From the IMG/VR virus record IMGVR_UViG_3300017830_000039: a DNA stretch of 64,000 nt; one strand, written 5' to 3'. Shown here piece after piece: positions 1-9,369 of the stretch (position 1 is the first letter of the stretch; the number at the start of each line of letters is the position of its first letter). The notes under the pieces are model-generated. The model saw only the letters and a program-made list of their open reading frames with translations. It was not told where the DNA came from and made no database searches. Both the position numbers and the translations under genes were made by a program. The DNA comes from a virus.

Positions 1-842
1 ACAGTTTCGTCCTCTGACGCGTCCGTCGTCTTCGTGCGCCCCAGCCTGAGACCCATGCTCGGGATACCATCCGGCCAGTCCTTCACCGCGGTTAACGGTT
101 CCATGCGTAGGATCTGTCCGTGCATCAGGTTCGAGATCTCGGAGCGTCGGCGGCCGCCTGATGCGAACATGACAGCGAGCAAGGCTCGATCCCTGAGCGC
201 CCGCAACCGAATGGCTTCGACCTCTGCTTCCGTATCGCTGACCAGGCCGCAGCGGCTATCGAGATGATCGAGGAGCTCTTCAATCAGATGGATGTCGACG
301 GCCTTCCGTGACTTTCGGCGCCGCGGCCGATTGGCAGCTCTGACAGCCGCCCGGAAGGTCTTCGTCACTTCGGGGCTGGTGAATGGATGATCCACGGACT
401 TCCATTTGCAGAGCGAACGCCAGGTCGAGATGCGACGCTCGACCGTTGCCGGCGCGTGTGGCCCGGACGACCGCAGGTAGCCGCCAGCCTCCAGGGACTG
501 CCGCACATGGTCGGGCATTCCGTGCGCCGGATCGATCGCTTTTTGATCTTCGTCCCAGACATGATGCGCAATGAACCTCAAGGCGATCTGCTTGGTCGGC
601 GGCCAGGGCAGGGGAGTTCCGTCGCAAGCCATGGACCAGGCTTCCAGATAGGCCAGGTCCGACCGTGTGGCCCTCAGCGTGTTCTCTCCGATACCCTGTC
701 TGAGAAGATGCGCGAGCGTCTCGCTGTCTTCGCGGGTGAGCGCTGCATCCAGGGACACGGGATCCAGGAGGTCGGTCCCGTCGGTCCTTAACCGCGGTGA
801 AACCTCGTCCTGCATTCGGTCGTTCTTGGGTGTCATGCTCAT
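1..842 (-). CDS. Tyrosine recombinase/integrase of the type found next to repABC modules (partial, runs off window start)
   Basis: Not in the ORF track because it has no stop in the window. Hand translation from ATG 842: MSMTPKND...GIGENTLRATRSDLAYLEAW...LPWPP...PHAPATVERRISTW...RDRALLAVMFASGGRRRSEI...LGRTKT, containing the catalytic Arg and Lys motifs. Starts 8 nt after the repC stop. Confidence 0.9.
   Translation of the reverse strand, partial: MSMTPKNDRMQDEVSPRLRTDGTDLLDPVSLDAALTREDSETLAHLLRQGIGENTLRATRSDLAYLEAWSMACDGTPLPWPPTKQIALRFIAHHVWDEDQKAIDPAHGMPDHVRQSLEAGGYLRSSGPHAPATVERRISTWRSLCKWKSVDHPFTSPEVTKTFRAAVRAANRPRRRKSRKAVDIHLIEELLDHLDSRCGLVSDTEAEVEAIRLRALRDRALLAVMFASGGRRRSEISNLMHGQILRMEPLTAVKDWPDGIPSMGLRLGRTKTTDASEDET
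82..95. promoter_or_regulatory. parS-like palindrome TTCACCGCGGTTAA
   Basis: Exact reverse complement of the 788-801 copy; shares the ACCGCGGT core with 1342-1359 and 2247-2266. Confidence 0.6.
788..801. promoter_or_regulatory. parS-like palindrome TTAACCGCGGTGAA
   Basis: Near-perfect 14-bp palindrome just downstream of repC, inside the recombinase 5' end. Confidence 0.65.
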
Positions 843-850
843 GGCATCGA

Positions 851-2059
851 TTATCTCAGCATTTCGTAATCACACAAGGCGTCCTTGGGATTGCGGTAGA
901 TCTGGCTATTGGCCACGAATTCCCCGCGCATGTATCTGGAGACCATCGCGCTGAAATAGACGTTGGGCTTCACAAGCTCATGGACCTTCCCTGAGAAGTA
1001 ATCGAGAGCCTTGATCAGGTGGGCCCACCCCATCACCCTCAGCCCCTTCAGGAGCACGTCTTGTGTCAGTCCGCACTGCTGCATGATGTGGTAGAGTATT
1101 CTTTGCATCTGCTCCTCCGTCCGTGGAGGGTTCGGGTATTCCTGTCTGAGCATCCCGGTCCGATCCCAGATGTTCCCGATCTCCATTGCGTCGAACTGAT
1201 GATCAGGGTGAATGTCCTTTTCTTTTTTTTGAGACTCTTTTGGGTGGGACTCTGAGTGCCGGACAGTTTGTCTGGTATCGACGGACTCCTGGCATGGCCT
1301 GATATCGAGATCCGCGTCGGTTTCCCGAGGTGTCATGCGCTCCATCACCGCGGTGATGGCCTCCTCGATGGCCCGGAGCTCGGGGAGGGTGATGCTCACC
1401 CGGCGCATCTTGTTCCGGATGTCCCTGGCCAGATCGATGAGCCTCGTGCAGGCGCCGATACCGGCCTCGGCCAGCGCCCGCTTCAGGCAGGTCAGCTTCG
1501 CGCTGATCCGGCAACGGATGCTGTCGAGGAGCTCACATCGCTCGCGCTCCATGTCCATCATGTCTCGCAGTTCGTCGGCCTTGGCAATGAGGGGCGTCAG
1601 GTCGATCCCGTAGGCATCGACGATGACCCCCTTCACGCGGACGGGAAACCTGCGGCCGTTCCCGGACAGGCGGCGCTGGATCAGCCCGGCCTTCTCGAGG
1701 CGAACCTCCGCCCGCCGGACTGTACGCTCCTCCATGTGGTTCGTTCGACGGCAGACCTCTTCGACGCTCATGAAGGAGATGTTGAGGGTTCCGATCGAGA
1801 GGGCGCCCTTGGGCAGGACGGTCAGGTGGGTATGGAGAACGGACAGATCCCTGGAGGTCAGCTTGAGGGCCTTCCGATTGGCTTTGACCAGATCATGCAG
1901 GTCGTATCGCCGGATCGGCTGCATGCAGTGCGCCGTGTCCTCGTCTTCATGCCTGGGAGGCTCTTGTCCGGGGTGGCCATTCATGCCGTCGGGCATGCCT
2001 TCAGGGCGTGCAGCATCCTCATGCGCGCACGGGTCTTCCGTGGTCATGTCATGTGTCAT
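851..2059 (-). CDS. repC: Plasmid replication initiator RepC
   Basis: HTH region (LSVLHTHL...ERTVRRAEVRLEKAGLI), SGNGRRF and AYGIDLTPL motifs; third gene of the repA-repB-repC cassette. Start codon uncertain. Confidence 0.88.
   Translation of the reverse strand: MTHDMTTEDPCAHEDAARPEGMPDGMNGHPGQEPPRHEDEDTAHCMQPIRRYDLHDLVKANRKALKLTSRDLSVLHTHLTVLPKGALSIGTLNISFMSVEEVCRRTNHMEERTVRRAEVRLEKAGLIQRRLSGNGRRFPVRVKGVIVDAYGIDLTPLIAKADELRDMMDMERERCELLDSIRCRISAKLTCLKRALAEAGIGACTRLIDLARDIRNKMRRVSITLPELRAIEEAITAVMERMTPRETDADLDIRPCQESVDTRQTVRHSESHPKESQKKEKDIHPDHQFDAMEIGNIWDRTGMLRQEYPNPPRTEEQMQRILYHIMQQCGLTQDVLLKGLRVMGWAHLIKALDYFSGKVHELVKPNVYFSAMVSRYMRGEFVANSQIYRNPKDALCDYEMLR
1205..1290. other. Putative oriV inside repC (A/T-rich patch with GANTC sites)
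   Basis: T-rich run 1218-1241 and GACTC at 1233, 1248 and 1284. repABC origins are known to lie in an AT-rich, GANTC-containing part of repC. Confidence 0.45.
1342..1359. promoter_or_regulatory. parS-like palindrome CCATCACCGCGGTGATGG within repC
   Basis: Perfect 18-bp palindrome with the same core. Confidence 0.5.
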
Positions 2060-2139
2060 TCAGTTTTCAGAAGACAAAATTCGACCGTTCACCGAAAACC
2101 GGTGTTGAAAGTGATTCGGAAAAGGGCTACACAGAATTT

Positions 2140-2194
2140 GCTACAAGACTGGTGAGGCCCTTCGAGACTTCGGTTTCGGGGGGTCTTCTCTTTT
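2140..2194 (+). ncRNA. repABC counter-transcribed RNA (ctRNA, incompatibility determinant)
   Basis: Lies in the repB-repC spacer, antisense to repC. Promoter TTGAAA(2105)GTGATTCG...TACACA(2128) resembles the conserved TTGACAGTGATTCG ctRNA promoter. UUCG-capped hairpin 2154-2187 followed by a U-tract. Ends are estimates. Confidence 0.75.
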
Positions 2195-2246
2195 GTCCGT
2201 TCTGCTCCTCTCTCTCGTGGTGGGCTCAAGGCCCTTGGTTTTTCAC

Positions 2247-2266
2247 AATGTCACCGCGGTGACATT
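2247..2266. promoter_or_regulatory. parS centromere-like site AATGTCACCGCGGTGACATT
   Basis: Perfect 20-bp palindrome between repB and repC. Confidence 0.75.
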
Positions 2267-2291
2267 CATTTTATCGTTTAATATCAGTTGT

Positions 2292-3251
2292 TTAATTTTC
2301 CTCCTGTTCTGACTTCCATTTGCCTGCGAGGTCCTCGAGATACTTCTGAACGTCGTCCAGGAGGTCATCGGGGAGGGTGTGGTCCATCTTGACAACCAAT
2401 TGCCGCGGCTTGCGCGTCGCGGACAGGGCACCGTCGAGATAGACTGTCTTGGAACTCTGGACTGGCGTCTTGCGGGCCGGCTTGGGGAGGGAGGCACCCG
2501 TCCTGAGCTGGTCGTTCAGCGCATCGAACCGATCGACGCTGTCGAGGGATTGATCGACAAGGCCAGGGATCTCATCCTTTGGGACACCTGACTTTCGGAT
2601 CAGCTCAGCGAGACCCTCCCAGCGGCGACGGCCGATACCCCGTGCCGGCCCAATGGCGAGGACAACCTCCTCTCCGACATCTTTGTATACGGTGACCATC
2701 ATAGTGATCAGGGACCGGCTGACATTCAGGAACTCTCCGATCGCGTCATGGGTCAGATCGGATCCCAAGGCTTGTGATGCCGCTCGCGCCTTTTCGATGA
2801 AGCTCGTATCGAGGCGTTCGTTGTTCTCCACGCCCTGGAGGACGAAAGCCTCCTGATCCGAAAGCTTGCGGACGAAAGCCTTGATCGTGGGCTGCCCGAG
2901 GGCGCGGATCGCTGCAAGGCGCCGACGCCCCACGACGATCTCGTAGGGTTTGTCGCTCTGAACGATCCGAACGATAATCGGGATTTCCTGGCCCCGCTCC
3001 CGGATGTTCTCGATCAGGCTCTCGAGGTCCTCCTTGACGTCGATGCGGTCCTGGATCTTCGAATCCTGGATCTGATCGGTCGAGATCTCCTGATAGGTCC
3101 GCTCCGTGCCACCCTGAGCCGCGGTCCTGATATACTTGTCGCTGGCCGGCCCTGCCTTGACCAGCGGCTGGCGGCGCACACCCGTTCGAGCCGACTTCGT
3201 GCCGTCACCCTTAGGTTTCTCGCCTCCCGTATCGAAGACAGAGCGCGCCAT
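2292..3251 (-). CDS. repB: Plasmid partitioning protein RepB (ParB family)
   Basis: GQEIPIIVR, YEIVVGRRRLAA and EN-x-ER-x-D-x-SFIE motifs; stop/start overlap with repA. Confidence 0.93.
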   Translation of the reverse strand: MARSVFDTGGEKPKGDGTKSARTGVRRQPLVKAGPASDKYIRTAAQGGTERTYQEISTDQIQDSKIQDRIDVKEDLESLIENIRERGQEIPIIVRIVQSDKPYEIVVGRRRLAAIRALGQPTIKAFVRKLSDQEAFVLQGVENNERLDTSFIEKARAASQALGSDLTHDAIGEFLNVSRSLITMMVTVYKDVGEEVVLAIGPARGIGRRRWEGLAELIRKSGVPKDEIPGLVDQSLDSVDRFDALNDQLRTGASLPKPARKTPVQSSKTVYLDGALSATRKPRQLVVKMDHTLPDDLLDDVQKYLEDLAGKWKSEQEEN

Positions 3252-4546
3252 CAGGCGGCCTCCTCGTCACTCGCGAGACGCCCTCTGGACGTCATGATCT
3301 CGGTTTCGATTTCCAGGGCGATGCCATGGAGGCTCTCGAAGATCCTGTCATAGGTCTTACGCGTGAAGCTTGAGGGATCCACTTCGAGTAGTGGGTTCAT
3401 CGTGTTCCCCGCATCGGCAATCGCCGTGGAGCTCAGGAAGTCCGTAGTCATCATCGCTTCCCCTAGCGTGTTCCGCAGGAAGGCAGCCAACTGCAACTGA
3501 GCGGAGTCGTTCGGCGAATACCGTGTCAGCAGAAGCCGGATGAAGTCGTAGCGATGCGCCATATCCTTGTCCTCGCCCTCGATCTGATCCAGCGTGTTCG
3601 CGGCCAGCTGCAGGAACTTCACCAGGCTCACGACGTCCAGCATGCCGGCCGAGAGCGGGATAAGCATGGAGTTCGCCGCATAGAGTGTTGCGATCACCGC
3701 GAAGGACATGTGCGGAGGCGTGTCGAACAGGATCACGTCATAGCTGTCTTCGACCACCTGGAGGGAGTCAGCGATTCTCGAGTAGAAGGGACGACCATCC
3801 CGTGCCGCACGGGCCGTTTCGTATTCGAACTCCGTCAGGTTCAAAGATCCTGGGATGATATCGATGTTCGGGAAGTATGTTGCCTGGACCGCTTCCGTAA
3901 TGGGGATCCGTGGACGGCCGTGCTCCAGATCTTCATCATCCTCGTATTTGATAACGTCGTAGATGGAGGGAAGGTTATCGAGATCGGCGTGAACGTCGAA
4001 GAGGTCCGAACAACTTGCCTGCGGGTCAAGGTCCAGGAGCAGCACCTTAAAGCCTCGCGCGGCGAGAAACTGTGCGAGGTTGGACGCCGAGCTTGACTTG
4101 CCGACGCCGCCTTTAAGGTTATAAATCAATAGCTTAGAGGTCTTTTCACCTTCCATCTTTCCGGGCCAGTGCTCAAGTGGAATCTTCCCGGCATCGAAAA
4201 GCTTCTGCTGAATGATGTGGATATCTTCGAGCGAGTAGGTCTTCCGGTTTCCGGGCTCCATGACGCCCTCGGGCAGGCCCTCCATCGTTTTCAGGTGGTG
4301 CCGGAGGGTGTTGTACTTCATGCGGAAGCACAGATCCGCCATCTCACGGATCGTGAACCGGCGGAGGGGCTGATCGGATTTGCGTTTGTCCGGGGAAAGT
4401 AGGCGTTCCTGTTGTGCGGCCAAGGCCTCGCCGAGCTCGTCGCTCAGGTTCCACAGGTATTCAGACCCAAGAATTTCCATACTGCTCTGTCCTTGGTTTT
4501 CATTATTTTTACCAAGGTGTATATCAGCGTACCTGCGCACGTCCAC
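3251..4546 (-). CDS. repA: Plasmid partitioning ATPase RepA (ParA family)
   Basis: Deviant Walker A NLKGGVGKSS, DLDPQAS and FDTPP motifs; N-terminal HTH. Start codon uncertain. Confidence 0.95.
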   Translation of the reverse strand: MDVRRYADIHLGKNNENQGQSSMEILGSEYLWNLSDELGEALAAQQERLLSPDKRKSDQPLRRFTIREMADLCFRMKYNTLRHHLKTMEGLPEGVMEPGNRKTYSLEDIHIIQQKLFDAGKIPLEHWPGKMEGEKTSKLLIYNLKGGVGKSSSASNLAQFLAARGFKVLLLDLDPQASCSDLFDVHADLDNLPSIYDVIKYEDDEDLEHGRPRIPITEAVQATYFPNIDIIPGSLNLTEFEYETARAARDGRPFYSRIADSLQVVEDSYDVILFDTPPHMSFAVIATLYAANSMLIPLSAGMLDVVSLVKFLQLAANTLDQIEGEDKDMAHRYDFIRLLLTRYSPNDSAQLQLAAFLRNTLGEAMMTTDFLSSTAIADAGNTMNPLLEVDPSSFTRKTYDRIFESLHGIALEIETEIMTSRGRLASDEEAA

Positions 4547-4770
4547 AGAAAGCTGACGAGGGCCAGTGATGTTCAGAAGGTGCTGTTTGGGTGATGGCCG
4601 TCATTCATGCTGACGAAAGATCAAGGAAACAAGGGTTTTTCAGACAATATATGGTGTGCGCGTGTCGGTCCAGCACCACGGAATTTTCCCGGACAAAGTT
4701 ATCCACGGAACCATCCACAGCATGTCTGAGGCGGTTCTGACCGGGAATCGCAGGCGAATCCTGCCCCGGT

Positions 4771-4911
4771 TCAGGGCTCGAGAGCATCATCCTCATCGGT
4801 ACCGGTGTCGTTCTCGAAGGACAGCGTGAGCGGCGGGTAGACGGTCACGAAACCATCCTCTTCCAGCAACTCCTCCGGGATCGGGGCGGGGCAGGGGGGC
4901 TGCGTCACCAT
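4771..4911 (-). CDS. Small acidic hypothetical protein (46 aa)
   Basis: Hand translation MVTQPPCPAPIPEELLEEDGFVTVYPPLTLSFENDTGTDEDDALEP; ATG overlaps the TGA of the upstream gene (TGATG). Confidence 0.5.
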   Translation of the reverse strand: MVTQPPCPAPIPEELLEEDGFVTVYPPLTLSFENDTGTDEDDALEP

Positions 4912-5261
4912 CACATATGGATCATGGCGCTCTCGATGCGCTCATGCTCCCGCTGCTCCTGTGCTCCCCGCTCACATGCCTCTTCCCAGGCGGTGTAATA
5001 GTCCTCTAGCATTGGATGCGGGCACCGTGTGTAGGCGTCGGCTTCGATCAGGTCGCGGATCGTTTCGAGGACTTCCTCGGTGACGTCCTCGGCCGAGATC
5101 AGTCGACCCTTGTCATCCAGGGTGATCTTCATCGCGGAGACGGCATCCTCATCCTCGGTAAACTGACCTGCAGCCTCCTGGATGTCCTGGCAGGGGCTTT
5201 CGAAGATCCCTGCACCGTACTTCTCGCTATGGAAGCGAACGTAGAATTCGGTCTTTGCCAT
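4911..5261 (-). CDS. Hypothetical protein
   Basis: MAKTEFYVRF start with purine-rich RBS (GGGAAGAGGA); typical codon usage. Confidence 0.7.
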   Translation of the reverse strand: MAKTEFYVRFHSEKYGAGIFESPCQDIQEAAGQFTEDEDAVSAMKITLDDKGRLISAEDVTEEVLETIRDLIEADAYTRCPHPMLEDYYTAWEEACERGAQEQREHERIESAMIHM

Positions 5262-5322
5262 TCCTCTTCCCTTTTCGGCTTTCGCAAGCCAGGGGCGCCG
5301 CGGCGCCCCGGGCATTTGTTGG

Positions 5323-5511
5323 TTACATCGACGGGAGCACGTTACATGCCGCATCGATCTGACGCGGGATCAGGGATCCGGGCACCAGCTTGCTGCCCAC
5401 GCGGACCTGGGCGCGCCCTTGGTCGTCCCGGCCGGCAAACTCGCCCTGTGCCGAGATCTTCCCGGCGACCTGAACGGTGGCCATGGTTCCAATCTGAGGA
5501 TCTTGCGTCAT
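5323..5511 (-). CDS. Small hypothetical protein
   Basis: 62-aa ORF with GGAG RBS, fills the gap in a minus-strand gene run. Confidence 0.55.
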   Translation of the reverse strand: MTQDPQIGTMATVQVAGKISAQGEFAGRDDQGRAQVRVGSKLVPGSLIPRQIDAACNVLPSM

Positions 5512-5542
5512 CGATGTCTCCCTTTTTCGATGTGATGCGGTA

Positions 5543-5803
5543 TCAGCGCAGGCCCACGGCCTCTTCGTACATCTCGCGCTCGGCGTTCTCGTTGTCGCGC
5601 TTGTCAGCTTCCTTCGCGCGCTCCTTGATGACGTGGTTGACCCATTTCAGGTCATACCCGGCGCCCTTGATCTCGGCATTGAGCTCCTTCTCCTGCTCGG
5701 CGATGTCCTTCTTCTCATCCGCCAGGCGCTCGCGGCGCTCGATGAACTGCAGGAGCTGCCCTGCTTCGATGCGGGTGCTGCCACCCTCGTAGTCGTCTGC
5801 CAT
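5543..5803 (-). CDS. gapR: GapR/DUF2312 nucleoid-associated protein
   Basis: QLLQFIERRERLADEKKDIAEQEKELNAEIKGAGYD...IK-x-R...EREMYEEAVG matches the DUF2312 pattern; GGAGG RBS. Confidence 0.88.
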   Translation of the reverse strand: MADDYEGGSTRIEAGQLLQFIERRERLADEKKDIAEQEKELNAEIKGAGYDLKWVNHVIKERAKEADKRDNENAEREMYEEAVGLR

Positions 5804-5899
5804 GTTCGGCCTCCAGTGTTGTCGATGAGCCTAGAGTATGTCTGCGAAAAACGGGATTCTACGGTTTCGCGCAGATTTTCCACGGAGAAGTGCAATTCC

Positions 5900-6709
5900 T
5901 CATGTCGGCGCGAGATCGACATCCGCCTCCAAGACCTCGCCCTTCAGGTGGGCCTCGGTCAGGGCAGGGAGCTGCAGGGCGATCTCTGCTGCCCGGCGAT
6001 CGATCTCAGGTGCCTTCTCGGGCGTCGCGAGGGATGTGGTGAAGGCCATGAAGCTGTCCATCTCGATCGATCCCGCGCCCTGCTCATGGGCCCATTCCGC
6101 GAGCATGACCTGGCGTGCCATGCGGCGGGCCCGGATGTCCACGGAAGGCACCTCGGCCAGGATCGCCTCGATGGAGGGCGGCGAGACCGGTCTCTGGAAG
6201 CTCAGCGTCACGCCGCATCCGGCCGGACGCCCGTGGGGATCGCGAGACAGGATACGCTCATAGGTCCGCCTGCGCGTGGCCCAGTCTTCCTCGGTGACAT
6301 CGTCAGGACGGTCCGTGCCATCCCAATAGGAGAAGTCTTCCGCACCGGGCAGGGACAGAAGGTCCGTGAACCAGGCACTGTGCTCCGTGAAGGAGAGCAG
6401 GACGGCATGGGTCCCATCCTCGCAGATCACCACGTCGAAGCTGGTATCCACCTCCGGGTCGCGGGTGTTGCTGCGGCCGATCTCGAGGATCCGTTCCTGG
6501 ACCTCTCCATAGGCGCGGGACAGGTGGTTTCCAGCAGGGTCTGCATCGAACAACAATGCGCGGTCATGGTGATCCGTTGCGATGCGCGCGACCGCGCGCG
6601 CCAGGAGCTGCCCGGCGCGGCGCGCCATCAGGGGGCGCAGCCCGTGCAACTGGTTGATGACATCGCCCATGGTGCCCGGCATGCGGATGCCGTAGATCGA
6701 CTTGCTCAT
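5900..6709 (-). CDS. Hypothetical protein
   Basis: 269-aa ORF, natural composition, co-oriented with neighbours. Confidence 0.7.
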   Translation of the reverse strand: MSKSIYGIRMPGTMGDVINQLHGLRPLMARRAGQLLARAVARIATDHHDRALLFDADPAGNHLSRAYGEVQERILEIGRSNTRDPEVDTSFDVVICEDGTHAVLLSFTEHSAWFTDLLSLPGAEDFSYWDGTDRPDDVTEEDWATRRRTYERILSRDPHGRPAGCGVTLSFQRPVSPPSIEAILAEVPSVDIRARRMARQVMLAEWAHEQGAGSIEMDSFMAFTTSLATPEKAPEIDRRAAEIALQLPALTEAHLKGEVLEADVDLAPT

Positions 6710-6788
6710 TCGTGACTGCCTTCCGGTATCGGCCCAAGGTCCATGCGCCGTTTCGCGGCAGTATCCGGGTGGCTGTCGAAAAACCCAA

Positions 6789-8177
6789 TCAGAGGCTTTC
6801 GAGATAGGCGATCAGAGCGTCTCGATCGGCCTTGGAAAGGGCTGAGAAACCATCCCTGGCAGTCTCCGCCTCGCCGCCATGCCAGAGGATCGCTTCCGTC
6901 AGGTTGCGGGCGCGTCCATCATGGAGAAAGGTCTGAAACCCTTCGACTTCATGGGTGCGGCCGACACCCCAGAGCGGAGCCGTGCGCCACTCCGAGCCCG
7001 ACGCGTTGCCTTCGGCATAACCATCGGCGAGCCCGGGCCCCATGTCATGGAGCAGAAGATCCGTATAGGGCTGGATCTCCCGCCCGGCGAGATAGGCCCG
7101 CGGGGCGTCCGCGGTCGTGGTCCAGGACCGCTCATGACAGGATTGGCACCCGATCTCATCGAAGATGCGGCCACCTGCGCGGGTCTCGGGCGTCTCTCCG
7201 GGGCGCGCCGGCGGCGCCAGGCCCGCGACATAGTCGGTCATCGCGTACGGCACGAAAGGGCTTGCCTCGATATCGGGCTCGGTTTCGGAGGCCCTGGTGC
7301 AGCTGATGTCCTCGACGCAATCTCCGAACTGATCGGGTTAGGCTTCCGAAGACAGGCCCATATCGACGGAGAGAGCGGCGGTGATCCGGTCGAAAAGCGT
7401 GGCGGTTCCACCCTTCCAGCCGAAACGGCCGATCTCACCCGATGGAAGGCGCCGGGCGGTGCCCGAGATCCCGTCGCCGTCGAGGTCGTCGGGATCCTCA
7501 TTGGCTAGGATGTCCGCGTCGCTGATCGCTTCGAGAAGGCCAAGGCCCGCCAGGGGAGGGGAGGTGCGCTGGGAGAAGACTTCGCCGCTGATCGGTGGCC
7601 CCAGGCGGTCGGTCAAAGAGTGCGCCGGCGCGCGGAGCTCGACGACGGTGCCGTCCTCCAGAACCACGTCCTCGTACGTCCAGCCCAGGTCGATCCGCGC
7701 TTCGGGCCGATACCCGTCGATCGCGATGTCCTGGATCTGATCTCCGAATTGCGGGTGAGGCGACTGGCTGCCGTCTTCATTGCGGATGCCGGTCAGGATC
7801 GCGATCCCGGTGGGCGTGGGCGGAAGGAAGCCGCGGCTCGCGCTCACCATGTCCAGACGGTCGACGGGATGGGACCGCCCAGCGCCCTGGTGGCAGGAGA
7901 CACAGGAAAATCCGTTGTAGAGTGGCCCGACACCATCGGTGAGGTTCAGCCGTGTCTCGACCGGGCTCTGGAACCAGGCCTGTGAGAACGTGCCCGTCCC
8001 GATATGGAAGTCAAACCTCTCCTCGAAGGACATGCCATCGATCGGCGTCGAAAAGGCGTCCGAACCGGCAACATGCGAAAGGTCGGATCTGTCGATATCC
8101 CGTTCCTGCGCCAGGACAATCGTCCCGGCCAGCATCACGACAGGGAAGGTGAGGATGATGGGGTGCGGCCATCTCAT
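6789..8177 (-). pseudogene. Di-heme oxidoreductase family (DUF1111-like) gene interrupted by one in-frame TAA at 7338-7340
   Basis: ORFs 7338-8177 and 6789-7253 are in the same frame (...DMGLSSEA*PDQFGDCVEDISC...). Signal peptide, CVSCH and CQSCH heme motifs, GRFGWK, YTDLLLHDMG, WRTAPLWG and FLHDGRAR motifs. Confidence 0.85.
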
Positions 8178-8944
8178 GGGACATCCATCCAGTCTGTGGG
8201 GGCGAGGGCAGAGGCACCGAAAGGCGCTAGGACCGAGGCGATGAACCGGGCGATGCCGGTCTCCCCGATGCCGAACAGGTCGAAGCCCGGATCCTCGCTT
8301 GAGACACCCCAGTTTGCGCCCAGTTCGTCGCTCTCCAGCAGCGCGTTGAAAGAGATGTCCTCAACGAGGATGGACCCCGATCCATCGGTGACCGTCAGGC
8401 CTTTTGCATCGATGCCAGCACGCAGGATGCATCCTGTCTCCGCCGGCGTTTCCCGCAGGTAGATGCCCGTCACGAGTGCGGAGAGGACGTATCCCTCGGG
8501 ATCCTCGAGATTTACGTCGCCGAGGATGAAAGCGATGTCGCGCGCCTCGCCAGTACAGCCCGGGACCCGATCGACGATCGGGTCGAAGGGTTCCGATGAA
8601 CCCAGTAGGGCATAGAGATTGCCGTACTCCAGCCTGGCTTCCGGTGTCTCGAGGACGCCGAAGAGCCCGAAGATCTCAAGCCCTCCCTCCCGCATGCTCT
8701 CGAGGGCCATACCGCCTGATTCAAGAGTGCCGCTCGGAAATTCGGCAGCGAACCCGCCCCGCACGGAGATCTCCCCCTTGTCGTCCCGGGCCCCGGGCAG
8801 CAGCCTGAACTCCGAGAACGTCCCGCTGTCGACATAGGCACCGAAAAGCGCCTTGAGGCGATCCGAAGGATCGGATGGTGCCGCATCTGCAAGGGATTGC
8901 GACGCGAGGATGCACAGGGCGGCCGCGATCCAGGTGTGGCGCAT
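8174..8944 (-). CDS. Secreted hypothetical protein
   Basis: MRHTWIAAALCILASQSLA signal peptide; start overlaps the upstream stop. Confidence 0.7.
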   Translation of the reverse strand: MRHTWIAAALCILASQSLADAAPSDPSDRLKALFGAYVDSGTFSEFRLLPGARDDKGEISVRGGFAAEFPSGTLESGGMALESMREGGLEIFGLFGVLETPEARLEYGNLYALLGSSEPFDPIVDRVPGCTGEARDIAFILGDVNLEDPEGYVLSALVTGIYLRETPAETGCILRAGIDAKGLTVTDGSGSILVEDISFNALLESDELGANWGVSSEDPGFDLFGIGETGIARFIASVLAPFGASALAPTDWMDVP

Positions 8945-9339
8945 CAGACGGCCATCCTCTCGGCCAGGGCGATGGCGTCGGGTTTCTGGATGATCCGGGT
9001 CATGCCCGGCGTATCGGTGTCGACGACTTCCCAGGCGCCGAGGTCGCGCCGCAGCGCACCGTCCATCGCATCGTTCCTGGTCGAGACCATGAAGGTGAAA
9101 AAGACCGGCTCGTAAACCCCGCTGAGCGCATGAAAGGCCTCGAGTGCCAGGGCCTGGATGTTCGCGGCGACCTCTTCCGTGAGCTTGAGGCTCAGCCTGT
9201 AGGATCCGTCGACGATGCAATTGCCCGCATCATCGAGATCACCCTCGTCGAGGGCCTCGACCGGATAGGCCGGATGCACGTGAACCGTGAAGTCGCACAT
9301 GCCTGCCGCATACCGCGAGACTGATTTAAAAGTTGCCAT
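8944..9339 (-). CDS. Hypothetical protein
   Basis: 131-aa ORF with GGGAG RBS. Confidence 0.7.
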   Translation of the reverse strand: MATFKSVSRYAAGMCDFTVHVHPAYPVEALDEGDLDDAGNCIVDGSYRLSLKLTEEVAANIQALALEAFHALSGVYEPVFFTFMVSTRNDAMDGALRRDLGAWEVVDTDTPGMTRIIQKPDAIALAERMAV

Positions 9340-9369
9340 GAAACCGCTCCCTTTTCGTTTTTCGCACGC

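Noticed and set aside
34-791. Short plus-strand ORFs at the window start
   Set aside because: They lie antisense to the tyrosine recombinase, which explains the region.
4699-4719. DnaA-box-like TTATCCACG and CCATCCACA upstream of repA
   Set aside because: Only one 8/9 and one 7/9 match; too weak to call.
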